Of a stretch of 64,000 nucleotides of DNA, positions 54,770-63,987 are shown one piece after another; position 1 is the first letter of the stretch; each line of letters starts with the position of its first letter. The DNA comes from a virus. The position numbers and the translations under genes are program-made. The notes under the pieces were generated by a model that was not told the origin of the DNA, did not search any database, and worked only from the letters and a program-made list of their open reading frames with translations. Location: the UHGV virus genome UHGV-1421865; one strand, written 5' to 3'.

Positions 54770-55780
54770 TCAAGCAAACTCAAACACAACTCTTGTGTTG
54801 CATCGTTTGATCTTACCACTATTGGCGATTTCAAATCCAGGACGTCCCTTTGCGACTTCAAACTCCTTTACTTTAACCTTTACAGGCTGACCGGGTTTGT
54901 AGTTCACGAGGTCGTACGAGGATACTTCCAAAAAGCCGGTGATACAGCGTTCTTCCAACTCAACGAAGATACCACACTTCTTTTGTGACTTGATAACACC
55001 ACTCACCTTACCTTCGATAACAGCACGCGGCTTCTTTGCTTTGTCGTCGGCTTTCGTAGACTCTACCAGTTTGTACATTTCCAACATACCGTTGTACTGA
55101 AGCAATTTCTTTCGAGAACAGAGTAGTACGTTCGTCATCACACCGTCGATACGGTATTCAGAGAAGCTGTCGCTGAGTACATCGACGTACTGTCCTACCC
55201 ACCGTGCGAAGTCGCTTTCTATGTTCAACACAATTTGTGAACCGGGAACAAAGATAGGCTGCGTGTAGACGTTATCGCTGAGCGGTTCGAGACTGTCGAT
55301 AAGCATACTGCCGATATAACCACCGCGAACAAGACGGTCCAGGCGAACAGTGCGCATTGCACTGTAGTCGAAATGTTCCAGCCAGTACTTGTAGTACGCA
55401 TTCTTGATCGATACGTTGTACTGACCATGTACATTACTAAACGAACGAACCTCAAACATCACTTCACCGTCCGTCGTTTCGAGATAGTGCTTAAACTTCT
55501 CCTGACCGTAGAAATTATCGTTAGCAAAGATGATCTCTGAAACACCGGGTACTTCCAGAATAACACCGGACTTGTTGATCTCTTTAACCTTACCGGTATA
55601 AACCTGCCCCATTTCCAACGTAACAGGATTTACTACCCGTACATTTTTAAGCTTAATAGAATAAGCATCACAAAAAGCCTCGTTAATGGACTTTTTAGCA
55701 TACTTTTTTGTGTTTGACTTGATACGATCTAAGTCGTTGGCACAAAAATCATCATTTGGTGTTGCTGTTACAACTGCCAT
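54770..55780 (-). CDS. S1 RNA-binding domain protein
   Basis: Two S1-like OB segments (GQVYTGKVKEINKSGVILEV; IEGKVSGVIKSQKKCGIFVELEE...GFLEVSS). Confidence 0.45.
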   Translation of the reverse strand: MAVVTATPNDDFCANDLDRIKSNTKKYAKKSINEAFCDAYSIKLKNVRVVNPVTLEMGQVYTGKVKEINKSGVILEVPGVSEIIFANDNFYGQEKFKHYLETTDGEVMFEVRSFSNVHGQYNVSIKNAYYKYWLEHFDYSAMRTVRLDRLVRGGYIGSMLIDSLEPLSDNVYTQPIFVPGSQIVLNIESDFARWVGQYVDVLSDSFSEYRIDGVMTNVLLCSRKKLLQYNGMLEMYKLVESTKADDKAKKPRAVIEGKVSGVIKSQKKCGIFVELEERCITGFLEVSSYDLVNYKPGQPVKVKVKEFEVAKGRPGFEIANSGKIKRCNTRVVFEFA

Positions 55781-55931
55781 ATATTTTTTATTATGCTATA
55801 TGATAACTATTGTAAGGTACCGACGTCTATAAATACCTTAACATAGCTATCATATAACGGATTGAAATTAAAAACTATTGTGTAGACGTCTAAGCTATAT
55901 ATATAATATATTAAAACAATAAATTGACACA

Positions 55932-56401
55932 TCAGAACGGTCTCAATTGCGGCCAATTTAATTTGCTTGTATCTAATGCACGGCAGTTGTCAAACATACC
56001 AGTTATACCAATCAAATTCCTCGTGTCCCAAACAGACAGGTCACATTTGAAATCAAAACAACAACCGAACATTCTATTCATTCTCCTCACATTCTTTGTG
56101 TTCCAAGTAGATATATCAGTCATAAGCATATCACAACCCATAAACATCCCGTCCATATCAGTGACATTGCTAACGTCCCACTCGTCGATTTTGATGTTCC
56201 GAATATCCAGTTTGTGAAATAATCCGAACATGTCTGTGATCTCTGATGTATCAATTACATATAACACGGTAGTGTTATTAAGTTCAAGTCGGCATCCGGA
56301 CCTTGACGTTCTAATTCAGATCTTATTATAGACTGTAATTGTTCTCTCGATGTAGGTCTCACATAAAGTGATCTTGTATTAGATGTTATGTGAATTGACA
56401 T
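55932..56401 (-). pseudogene. DUF285-family gene disrupted by about 23-bp palindromic insertion
   Basis: N-module MSIHITSNTRSL...QGPDADLN then frame broken by TACATATAACACGGTAGTGTTAT; repeats resume in another frame (track ORF 55932..56267). Confidence 0.5.
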
Positions 56402-56414
56402 AGCTATTTTAATA

Positions 56415-56903
56415 TCATAAAAAGAACCAAACATATATGAAAGTGGCCCAAGTAAGTATACCGATAATCGACTGAACGATAGACATAAACAATGACGTTT
56501 TGTTGGTCGGCTTTATCAGACTGGGTAGTACTAATTGATTACCTTTATACCATTCAGGTAGTTTGTCAAGCGAACAACAAAGATCGAACATGTTACTCAT
56601 GTCTTTCACATTGGATGTGTTCCAAGAACTCAAATCACAATTGAACTCTGTACGAAAAGCAAACATACAAGACATGTTCGTCACATTAGAGACATTCCAC
56701 TGGTCTATCTTGATGTTTCTGACACTGATATACGGATTACAAAACAAAAACGACATGTCGCTGATCTCTTCTGTGTCGATATGATTCAGATCAGCATCTG
56801 GTCCTTGACGTTTCAGTTCTTGTTCTATTATAGACTGTAGTTGTTCTTTCGATGTAGGTCTTATAACAGACGACTTCGCCTGTGAAGTGATGTGTAATGC
56901 CAT
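56415..56903 (-). CDS. DUF285-repeat protein with C-terminal TM anchor
   Basis: MALHITSQAKSS...; tail MSIVQSIIGILTWATFIYVWFFL. Confidence 0.6.
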   Translation of the reverse strand: MALHITSQAKSSVIRPTSKEQLQSIIEQELKRQGPDADLNHIDTEEISDMSFLFCNPYISVRNIKIDQWNVSNVTNMSCMFAFRTEFNCDLSSWNTSNVKDMSNMFDLCCSLDKLPEWYKGNQLVLPSLIKPTNKTSLFMSIVQSIIGILTWATFIYVWFFL

Positions 56904-56937
56904 TATTTGTAGTCGGCTTATACATTCTTATAAAAAT

Positions 56938-57903
56938 TTAACAACCTCTACCACCACAATTGCCCAGAATAGGTTCTGCACTGTAACATTTCGGTTCTCG
57001 TTTCGGTTTGCTGGTTATAGTTACTGTAGTTCGATTGTCTAAATCACGAATCTTTTTAAGATCGATAGACGGGCTGTCCCAATCCAGTTTTATATCACCG
57101 TCTGGGAATATAATGACATCATTCACTTCAAAATAAGTAGAATTGTCTATCAACGTAAACCTTACACCTTTATGAAAGGAGATGGTATTATATCCGTTGT
57201 AGATAACAAGTACTGAATTGCACACATTACAACCGCTTATGTGTACATTTGTACCATATTTATTTCCGTAAGTATCAATTAGATAGCGCGATGTCTTATC
57301 GTCGTTATCCTTCAATGTAAATGTAGACCGTGTACCCGTCGATGTCTTCAGATAGTTTGCACGCAACTGAATATCGAAGTAATCGTAACGTTTAATGTCT
57401 TCGATATATGACAAGAACTTATCGCTATCGACCAAATCCTGAATATGGTCGTTGAGTAAGATATTGATTCGCACCCGCGCATTTGAAGTGACCGCTGCGA
57501 TAATCTCGTCGAAGGTACTAAAATCGGCGTAGTTATGTCCGTAATGACGAGATACATTAAATCCGTCTACAATACCTAAAATCTCATGAAAGATCTCACT
57601 GTCTGGATCGACCTTAGGAAACGACGTGTTTACGTATACATTGTATTTAGTCTTGTCGATACCTTTAATGATTTGGTACAGACTATCCAGATTGTCCAAC
57701 GGTTCGCCACCGGAGATAACAATGTCTTTAATAGACGATACCTTAGAAAGGACACTCTTGATTCGGCTCTTGATCTTTCGAACAGATGCCAGCTCTTTCT
57801 TGTACAGCGACTTTGTCGTACAAAAACTACAATTTTTCGTACAATCCCAAGGTACGAATACCGTCAATGCGAGATTAACTCTACCTGATTTGATGTCAAT
57901 CAT
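56938..57903 (-). CDS. radical SAM enzyme (QueE or activase-like core with about 120-aa C-terminal extension)
   Basis: CTKNCSFC (CX3CX2C) at residues about 21-28, SGGEP SAM-binding motif; Cys-rich C-terminal region. Confidence 0.65.
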   Translation of the reverse strand: MIDIKSGRVNLALTVFVPWDCTKNCSFCTTKSLYKKELASVRKIKSRIKSVLSKVSSIKDIVISGGEPLDNLDSLYQIIKGIDKTKYNVYVNTSFPKVDPDSEIFHEILGIVDGFNVSRHYGHNYADFSTFDEIIAAVTSNARVRINILLNDHIQDLVDSDKFLSYIEDIKRYDYFDIQLRANYLKTSTGTRSTFTLKDNDDKTSRYLIDTYGNKYGTNVHISGCNVCNSVLVIYNGYNTISFHKGVRFTLIDNSTYFEVNDVIIFPDGDIKLDWDSPSIDLKKIRDLDNRTTVTITSKPKREPKCYSAEPILGNCGGRGC

Positions 57904-57906
57904 AAC

Positions 57907-58467
57907 TTAGCACATTTCGAGTTCTTCGAAGATTCTTTCGTAGTCTGTTTTATCTTTAAGACTAGATACGTTCCAATTACGGATAGTATTTACGTCAAAA
58001 CAATAGTTTTCTTCACAAAAAATACCGTCCATGTATTCTACTTTGGACACGTCCCAGTGGCACAAATTAGAATCAAACAGTCCACAGCAATAAAACATAC
58101 TGCGCATGTCCTTCACGTTGCTGACATTCCAGTCGTACAAGTCGGCTCTAAATTCAACATCCTGGAACATACCTTGCATATTCGTGACGTTACTGACGTC
58201 CCACTTATCAATCAGTAGATAGAAACCTTGAAAGTCGTCGAATTTGATAACAAGATCCTTATTCTCCCACGAAATCGCCTGATTGAACACATAAGACATG
58301 TCCGTGATCTTCGATACATCGATGAAGTTGAGATCGATAGTTACAAGACCATATCTGTCATCGTCCTCTTCGATATAGTCATACGCCTCATCGAGTTGAC
58401 GTTGCGTTTCATCTTTGATGATTTGAATGAGCTCTTCTCTGGTTTGTGGTTGATACTTAAATTCCAT
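57907..58467 (-). CDS. divergent DUF285-family protein
   Basis: Degenerate N-module (DLNFIDVSKITDMSYVF) plus 3 repeats WDVSNVTNMQGMF. Confidence 0.5.
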   Translation of the reverse strand: MEFKYQPQTREELIQIIKDETQRQLDEAYDYIEEDDDRYGLVTIDLNFIDVSKITDMSYVFNQAISWENKDLVIKFDDFQGFYLLIDKWDVSNVTNMQGMFQDVEFRADLYDWNVSNVKDMRSMFYCCGLFDSNLCHWDVSKVEYMDGIFCEENYCFDVNTIRNWNVSSLKDKTDYERIFEELEMC

Positions 58468-58563
58468 TGTCGTACATTACTTTAGGCGTTCTCACTTTGT
58501 TTTCTTATATTATATATAGCTTACTTGTACGTACAAATCAATGTGGCAGACTAAAGATCTACA

Positions 58564-59145
58564 TCAGAGATTTAGTTGTTTACAAGCATCGGCTAGAATT
58601 GAGTTGATTCTACTTCGAACCGACGAGCATTCAGCATTAGACACCGCTCGTTCCATTGTACGCAATAAGGATTCGACTTCGGAACACGTCTTGTTGAATA
58701 GATGCTCTACATCGTCGTCGTTTTGAATGTTCTCGTCTAGATCGTAGTATTTGTTCAAAAACTCGTCGTAATCGTCTTCGGCTTTATTATAAAGCAATAT
58801 ATTTTGTGGACTGTATACAATAGCCGTATTTCGTATATGCTCAGCTACCGGATCCAGTTCATCGCCGCTAATAGTGTACGAATCGTTCAACTTAGCGAAG
58901 TCAACTACATTGTATTCTACCTCAAATGCCGCATTAGAACGACGCAGGTCGATAAACGACTCACAAAATACATCCTCGTCGTCGACATCGCAACAAAGAT
59001 GATATATGTAATCTCCGAACTTAAAGTATACATCGTTTTTGAGCAAATAGTCAACACCGTCGACATGAACCAAGATACCACGATACTTATATTGAACAGT
59101 TTTCTCCTCCTTGTCGGTGAGATACCTAAATGTAATCGTACTCAT
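58564..59145 (-). CDS. hypothetical acidic protein
   Basis: 193 aa ORF. Confidence 0.4.
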   Translation of the reverse strand: MSTITFRYLTDKEEKTVQYKYRGILVHVDGVDYLLKNDVYFKFGDYIYHLCCDVDDEDVFCESFIDLRRSNAAFEVEYNVVDFAKLNDSYTISGDELDPVAEHIRNTAIVYSPQNILLYNKAEDDYDEFLNKYYDLDENIQNDDDVEHLFNKTCSEVESLLRTMERAVSNAECSSVRSRINSILADACKQLNL

Positions 59146-59169
59146 ATTTTTACTTTTTACACGTTATAA

Positions 59170-59300
59170 CACTATTTTAGACACTACTGTAGACTACACA
59201 AGACAATACAGTAGACCCAACAAGACTGTACAAGACAATACAGTAGACCCAACAAGACTGTACAAGACTCGACAAGACTACACAAGATCAAAAAATATCT
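59170..59300. repeat. iteron-like cluster: ACAAGAC(T/A) repeated at least 7 times, including a perfect 31-bp tandem duplication
   Basis: caagacaatacagtagacccaacaagactgta occurs twice in tandem; motif TAGACTAC also present. Confidence 0.7.
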
Positions 59301-59374
59301 GCCAAGCAAAATAAATAATAGAATTTACTTTACCGTAAAACACAGCTATTTCTTGTCCATCAACTACAGCTCTA

Positions 59375-59430
59375 TATAATGTCAATAAATTGACATAGTC
59401 AATTCAATGTCAATAAATCGACATCGTGAT
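59375..59430. promoter_or_regulatory. two copies of palindrome ATGTCAATAAAT(T/C)GACAT
   Basis: Perfect 18-bp palindrome plus imperfect second copy 22 bp away, in a 450-nt non-coding region. Confidence 0.5.
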
Positions 59431-59598
59431 TCAATGAACTATCGTCGGTACCGGATAATTCGTTCAAATCTTGTAATGACGATTCCATAGTCTCCAAGAA
59501 CTCGTCTACGTCCGAACATGTTCTATTAAACAAATTCTCAAATTGTTTCTGAAAATTATTGTAGTACTCTTTAATAAATATAATCGATAGTTCTCATA

Positions 59599-59994
59599 TC
59601 ACAGGAAATAATCGTTTATCACTAAGTCATAATAATCTGGATAAACACAAATTTGTCTGAAGGTATCATTATGACCAACTTGTTCGCCGCTTTCATCAAA
59701 AATCAAATAGCTGAAATCTTCATCGCTATATACTAGCTTACAATCCATGTAATTACCATCGTGTTTAATATAAAAATTGATAGTATCATTGGAGTAAATT
59801 TCCCTACCGTCTTCTAATTCCGATACTAGTATACCAATAGTTTTGTTGTCGTTTACGTCAACTACAACATCTAATCCATTGTATTTATCTTCAATGAAAT
59901 GATATTCGTATTCAGTTTCAGAACTGTATACCTTAACTATTTGACCAAAGTAACTTTTGGAAAAATCACTATAACGATATTTGATATGTAACAT
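59599..59994 (-). CDS. hypothetical protein
   Basis: 131 aa ORF. Confidence 0.4.
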   Translation of the reverse strand: MLHIKYRYSDFSKSYFGQIVKVYSSETEYEYHFIEDKYNGLDVVVDVNDNKTIGILVSELEDGREIYSNDTINFYIKHDGNYMDCKLVYSDEDFSYLIFDESGEQVGHNDTFRQICVYPDYYDLVINDYFL

Positions 59995-60077
59995 AATTAG
60001 GCTGTTTTATGCTGTATAAATAGCAACATTTACAGACAAAATCAGTGTACCGTATAGATTCCTACACATATTTCTAC

Positions 60078-60228
60078 AGTTTCTATTTCGCGTACTGGTA
60101 TATACAAACATAGAATCGACGTAAAGGTACTTTTTAGCCTCTCTGACGCACTCAAATGCACTGACCTTGGTACTACTAAGGTCAAACAAAAATCGTGCGG
60201 TACAGGGCAAATTTTTGTACGTTTTGAA
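60078..60228 (+). repeat. conserved about 150-nt intergenic element, copy H
   Basis: CAGTTTCTATTTCGCGTACTGGTAT...CGTAAAGGTACTTTTTAGCC-TCTCTGACGCAC-[GACCTTgGTAcTACtAAGGTC]-GTGCGGTACAGGG-CAAATTTTTGT. Confidence 0.6.
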
Positions 60229-60240
60229 CAGCACAACAAG

Positions 60241-60612
60241 TTACTTGAAATTCGGACGGAACTTAGGTTGCATTTTATAACAACCCAAAAACGCATACTC
60301 ATGTTTTGTAACATTACTAACGTCCCATTTAGATAGGTCGCAACTGAATTTATCTTGATTCATAAACATAAAAGACATATCTGTAACATTACTAACGTCC
60401 CACTCGTCGATTTTAATGTTTTCGATATGAAGTAGGTCGAACAACTTCGACATATCTGTGATCTCTGATGTATCAATGAAATTTAAGTCGGCATCCAGCC
60501 CCTGTCGTTTTAGTTCTTTGTCTATGATGACTTTCAGTTCGCTATACGATGTAGGACGTACACTTAGGGATTTGCTCTTAGATGTTATTTTAAGCCGTTC
60601 GTTGATGTACAT
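60241..60612 (-). CDS. DUF285-repeat protein (short)
   Basis: MYINERLKITSKSKSL... plus 2 repeats. Confidence 0.55.
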   Translation of the reverse strand: MYINERLKITSKSKSLSVRPTSYSELKVIIDKELKRQGLDADLNFIDTSEITDMSKLFDLLHIENIKIDEWDVSNVTDMSFMFMNQDKFSCDLSKWDVSNVTKHEYAFLGCYKMQPKFRPNFK

Positions 60613-60617
60613 TGAAA

Positions 60618-61400
60618 TTAGTTTTTTATTTTAGGACGGAATCGTTGAGGTTGATTATCACAACCGTAGAACATTTTCTTTTTACTATCTCTATGTATTT
60701 TTGATAAGTCCCAATGTGATAAATTACATCTAAATTTTTTACAGCCGTAGAACATCAATAATGTATCACGAACATTGGTCGCAATCGTTCCCCATTTACT
60801 TAAATCTACATTTAGATTTTCACAGTTTTCAAACATTCTAGACATGTTTTCTACATTGGACACGTCCCAATTTTCTAGTCCTTTGCCTTCAAAGTTTTTA
60901 CAAATAGCAAACATACTGGACATGTTTTCAACATTTGATACATTCCATTTATCTAAACTAATACCTGCAAATTTTGAACAACCATTAAACATACTGGACA
61001 TGTTTTCAACATTTGATACATTCCATTTATCTAAACCAATACCTTCGAATGCTGAACACTTAAAAAATATAATTGACATATCCTTAACCTTAGACACATC
61101 CCAACCGGACAAGTCACAATTGAAGTCACTACAAAGTTTGAACATGCCGCGCATATTTGTCACATTAGATGTGTCCCATTTGTCTATCTTAATGTTTCCA
61201 ATCTTATTCCACCAAAACAGCATAGACATATCTGTAATACGCGATGTATCAATATGATTCAAATCGGCATCCGGACCCTGACGTTCTATTTCGTCTTTTA
61301 TTATATCTATAAGCTCCTCTTTTGTAGTAGGCGTTTTTGTTATTGATTTAGTATTAGACGTAATCTTTAATCGTTCATTTATGAAATGTGAAAATGACAT
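60618..61400 (-). CDS. DUF285-repeat protein
   Basis: MSFSHFINERLKITSNTKSI... plus about 8 repeats. Confidence 0.6.
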   Translation of the reverse strand: MSFSHFINERLKITSNTKSITKTPTTKEELIDIIKDEIERQGPDADLNHIDTSRITDMSMLFWWNKIGNIKIDKWDTSNVTNMRGMFKLCSDFNCDLSGWDVSKVKDMSIIFFKCSAFEGIGLDKWNVSNVENMSSMFNGCSKFAGISLDKWNVSNVENMSSMFAICKNFEGKGLENWDVSNVENMSRMFENCENLNVDLSKWGTIATNVRDTLLMFYGCKKFRCNLSHWDLSKIHRDSKKKMFYGCDNQPQRFRPKIKN

Positions 61401-61409
61401 AATATAGTG

Positions 61410-62186
61410 TTATTTTGTTTTCGCTCTAAATCGTTGCGGTTGATTATCACAACCATAGAACACTTTCTTTTTATTATTCGGATTTATTTTAGATAAGTCC
61501 CAGTGTGATAAATTACATCTAAGTTTTCTACAATTATAGAACATCGATGATATGTTTCTAACATTAGAGACGTCCCATTTTGAAAGATCTGTATCGAGAT
61601 TTTCACATACGTTGAACATATTCTCCATATTAGTCACATTAGATACGTTCCAATTTCCTAATCCGTCACCGACAAGATTTTCACAACCATCGAACATACC
61701 TAACATATTTTTAACGTTAGAAACGTCCCACTTACCTAAACTATTACCTTCAAAAATGTCACAATCTAAAAACATATAAGCCATATTAGTCACATTAGAG
61801 ACGTCCCAACCAGATAACTCACCATTAAAGTTCTTACAACTGTCGAACATTGAGTTCATCTTGGTTACTTTTGAAGTGTCCCATTTAGATAACGCAGTTT
61901 GTCCTGTAAATTCCTCACAACCATAAAACATCGATGCCATATCTGTAACATTAGATGTGTCCCACTTGTCAACTTGGATATTTCTTATATCGAGATCCTC
62001 AAATAACGCAGACATGTCTGTTATATTCGACGTATCGATGCAGTTCAAATCGGCATCTGGACCCTGACGTTTTAGTTCTTGTTCTATAATAGATCTAAGT
62101 TCGTCTTTTGTTTCAGCTGTTCGTGTAGCTGACTTGCTATTAGATGTTATTTTAAGCCGTTCTGTCACGAAATTTTGTAGGTCCAT
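61410..62186 (-). CDS. DUF285-repeat protein
   Basis: MDLQNFVTERLKITSNSKSA... plus about 8 repeats; C-terminus similar to 60618..61400. Confidence 0.6.
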   Translation of the reverse strand: MDLQNFVTERLKITSNSKSATRTAETKDELRSIIEQELKRQGPDADLNCIDTSNITDMSALFEDLDIRNIQVDKWDTSNVTDMASMFYGCEEFTGQTALSKWDTSKVTKMNSMFDSCKNFNGELSGWDVSNVTNMAYMFLDCDIFEGNSLGKWDVSNVKNMLGMFDGCENLVGDGLGNWNVSNVTNMENMFNVCENLDTDLSKWDVSNVRNISSMFYNCRKLRCNLSHWDLSKINPNNKKKVFYGCDNQPQRFRAKTK

Positions 62187-62237
62187 ACAGTAATAAAACT
62201 TGTTATATATCTAAAAATCAAAAATCAACTCACAAGC

Positions 62238-63278
62238 CTACAAGAAGCTCGTGAGTTGATCTATATTATTTCTCGTACCTATAACATCGTTCATTGCATT
62301 CTCTAGTCTGTCTCTTAACGTACCGTCCAGGGATTCTGTGAAAGTGTCCGGCAAGTCGTAATCGTCAAGCACTCTTAAGATATTCTCCGGATAGTTTCGT
62401 CTGTCGAGATAAACAAGACGACGATTGTACTTATAATGCTCTAAGGCATCGTCGACACTACCGACTACATTAGTACTATATTTGTCGTACATCCGTTTAA
62501 TGTAATTAGTATAGTCGTCTGGGTTAAAGACGTCTATGTCCAAGACCATGTCCCCCTTAGAGATCTTATAGTTCCGGTCTTTCTTCCGTCGAACAAGAAT
62601 AGGTAATATATTATCCGATACATCACCGTGAAGTATCTTATCGACGACTACCTCGTACGGATTGATTCGTTTCTCCCCCGCTACACCGAACAGGCTGTTG
62701 TAGATATTAAACGTATCTTCTGCACTCGAAAAGAAGAAATCCATCTCATCGTACTTGTACGTTCCGTCCACGATGATGTTCTTTCCGTTGTAACATACTG
62801 TAAATGAGTCCTTTGTAGACCGAACAAGTTGTGTTAAGTCCTTGTCGGTACTCCATATCATACAGTTGTTACCCTTCTCGTTCAATTTTGTCGACCAAAA
62901 CCAACACCAGTCGTCACCTTCTATACCGTATTCTTTGTACGTCGGAATATACCTGGACATCTGGTCTTGCCATTTGTCATATACTTTATATAACTTCGAC
63001 CAGTCAAATTCATCGGTATGTACTCTGTTCGATTTGTAAACCTCCTCAGATAGATAATTAGGCTTCGGTAATTTCTTTCGCCAGCTACCACCGTCACAGA
63101 CTAAGATACATTCTGTAAATTCGAATGTATTCACCATTTGACGTATCGAATTCGTCAGCAACTGCGGTAACTCTGCAAAGACTCGGTTTTGATCGTTTTT
63201 GTACTTCGATCGTAAGACGGAAACACGACTCATCAAGAGCCAGTTTCCATCCACGACTAACGTTAGTCTATAATTCAT
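62238..63278 (-). CDS. T4 RNase H-like 5'-3' exonuclease (FEN family)
   Basis: LVVDGNWLLM, ILVCDGGSWRKK, YKSNR aligning with T4 rnh (CLIDFS.., CIDNAKSGYWRRDF, YKKNR). Confidence 0.65.
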   Translation of the reverse strand: MNYRLTLVVDGNWLLMSRVSVLRSKYKNDQNRVFAELPQLLTNSIRQMVNTFEFTECILVCDGGSWRKKLPKPNYLSEEVYKSNRVHTDEFDWSKLYKVYDKWQDQMSRYIPTYKEYGIEGDDWCWFWSTKLNEKGNNCMIWSTDKDLTQLVRSTKDSFTVCYNGKNIIVDGTYKYDEMDFFFSSAEDTFNIYNSLFGVAGEKRINPYEVVVDKILHGDVSDNILPILVRRKKDRNYKISKGDMVLDIDVFNPDDYTNYIKRMYDKYSTNVVGSVDDALEHYKYNRRLVYLDRRNYPENILRVLDDYDLPDTFTESLDGTLRDRLENAMNDVIGTRNNIDQLTSFL

Positions 63279-63280
63279 AT

Positions 63281-63451
63281 TTACTGAACTACAGAGTCAC
63301 AAAGTACGGTATCACATTGTACACTGTCGAGACTGTCGACTTGTACAGTGTCAATAGAATCAACGTCAGTAGTTTTCTTCGCGGTGCCGTTGCATGCCAC
63401 GAATGATGATGCCATTACCATAGCAATGGCTGCGATAACTAAACTTTTCAT
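63281..63451 (-). CDS. possible small lipoprotein (56 aa, manually found)
   Basis: MKSLVIAAIAMVMASSFVAC signal with lipobox-like FVAC. Confidence 0.35.
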   Translation of the reverse strand: MKSLVIAAIAMVMASSFVACNGTAKKTTDVDSIDTVQVDSLDSVQCDTVLCDSVVQ

Positions 63452-63615
63452 TTTTGTTTTTATTATAGATTTGTTAAAAATTTTGATACTTACTTGTATA
63501 TTCTTGAACAGACTGTATAAGACTGTTAAATTTGAAGTAGTTATATATAGATGACTATTAAAGCCTATCGACTAAATTGTGCTTATGAAGACTGTAGTAG
63601 TGTGTGTAGACTAGA

Positions 63616-63987
63616 CTATTTCCGACTATTAAAAACGTCGACGAGGATTTTCCCTAATCTAACCGCCTTGTTAGCGACGTCTCTGTAATACTTTTCGTCG
63701 TTCAGTCGATCTTTGTCCGCTAAATTCGTAAATATAGTAGCTGCGACCTGCAGGGGCTTATCTATATTCGGATTTAAAGATTTAATAGCCTGTACGATTT
63801 CTTCTGAACTTGTGTCGGACGTTGTTGTACTGCTTTTATCAGAAGAATCAGTCGAACTTTGTCCTTTTGTGTCGATAGAGCGTACAATGTCGCCTAATTT
63901 ATTTACCAATTCGTCTAATTTGTCAACTATAGGTGCTATATCGACCGGATCGTGTTGTTGTATTACTAGTTTGTTTGCTGTCGGCAT
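63616..63987 (-). CDS. hypothetical Ser/Thr-rich protein
   Basis: 123 aa ORF. Confidence 0.35.
   Translation of the reverse strand: MPTANKLVIQQHDPVDIAPIVDKLDELVNKLGDIVRSIDTKGQSSTDSSDKSSTTTSDTSSEEIVQAIKSLNPNIDKPLQVAATIFTNLADKDRLNDEKYYRDVANKAVRLGKILVDVFNSRK

Noticed and set aside
59405-59598. Possible frame-shifted continuation of gene 59599..59994 (ELSIIFIKEYYNNFQKQFENLFNRTCSDVDEFLETMESSLQDLNELSG...)
   Set aside because: The frame is open for about 60 codons after the stop but has no ATG near its beginning, and I cannot show conservation. It could be a programmed frameshift or chance. Too weak to call.
13836-60234. ORFs spanning the 150-nt element copies (13836..14237, 14179..14451, 7250..7510, 33921..34187, 33957..34262, 41832..42032, 60007..60234, 60042..60314)
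   Set aside because: Their apparent conservation (KNLP..ARFL..L.STKVS.FECVREAKK, MCKVQQKSCV) is simply the conserved DNA element read in one frame. The frames break at different points in each copy.
2468-61779. Many 60-170 aa ORFs antisense to DUF285 genes (e.g. 2468..2671, 4370..4582, 28392..28658, 28975..29499, 30186..30398, 35016..35273, 38105..38347, 47371..48078, 60775..61257, 61552..61779)
   Set aside because: They translate the reverse strand of the conserved repeats, giving recurring pseudo-motifs such as SHSSILMF and LDTSQ(L/P)DKSQL. No start context is present and they overlap clear genes completely.
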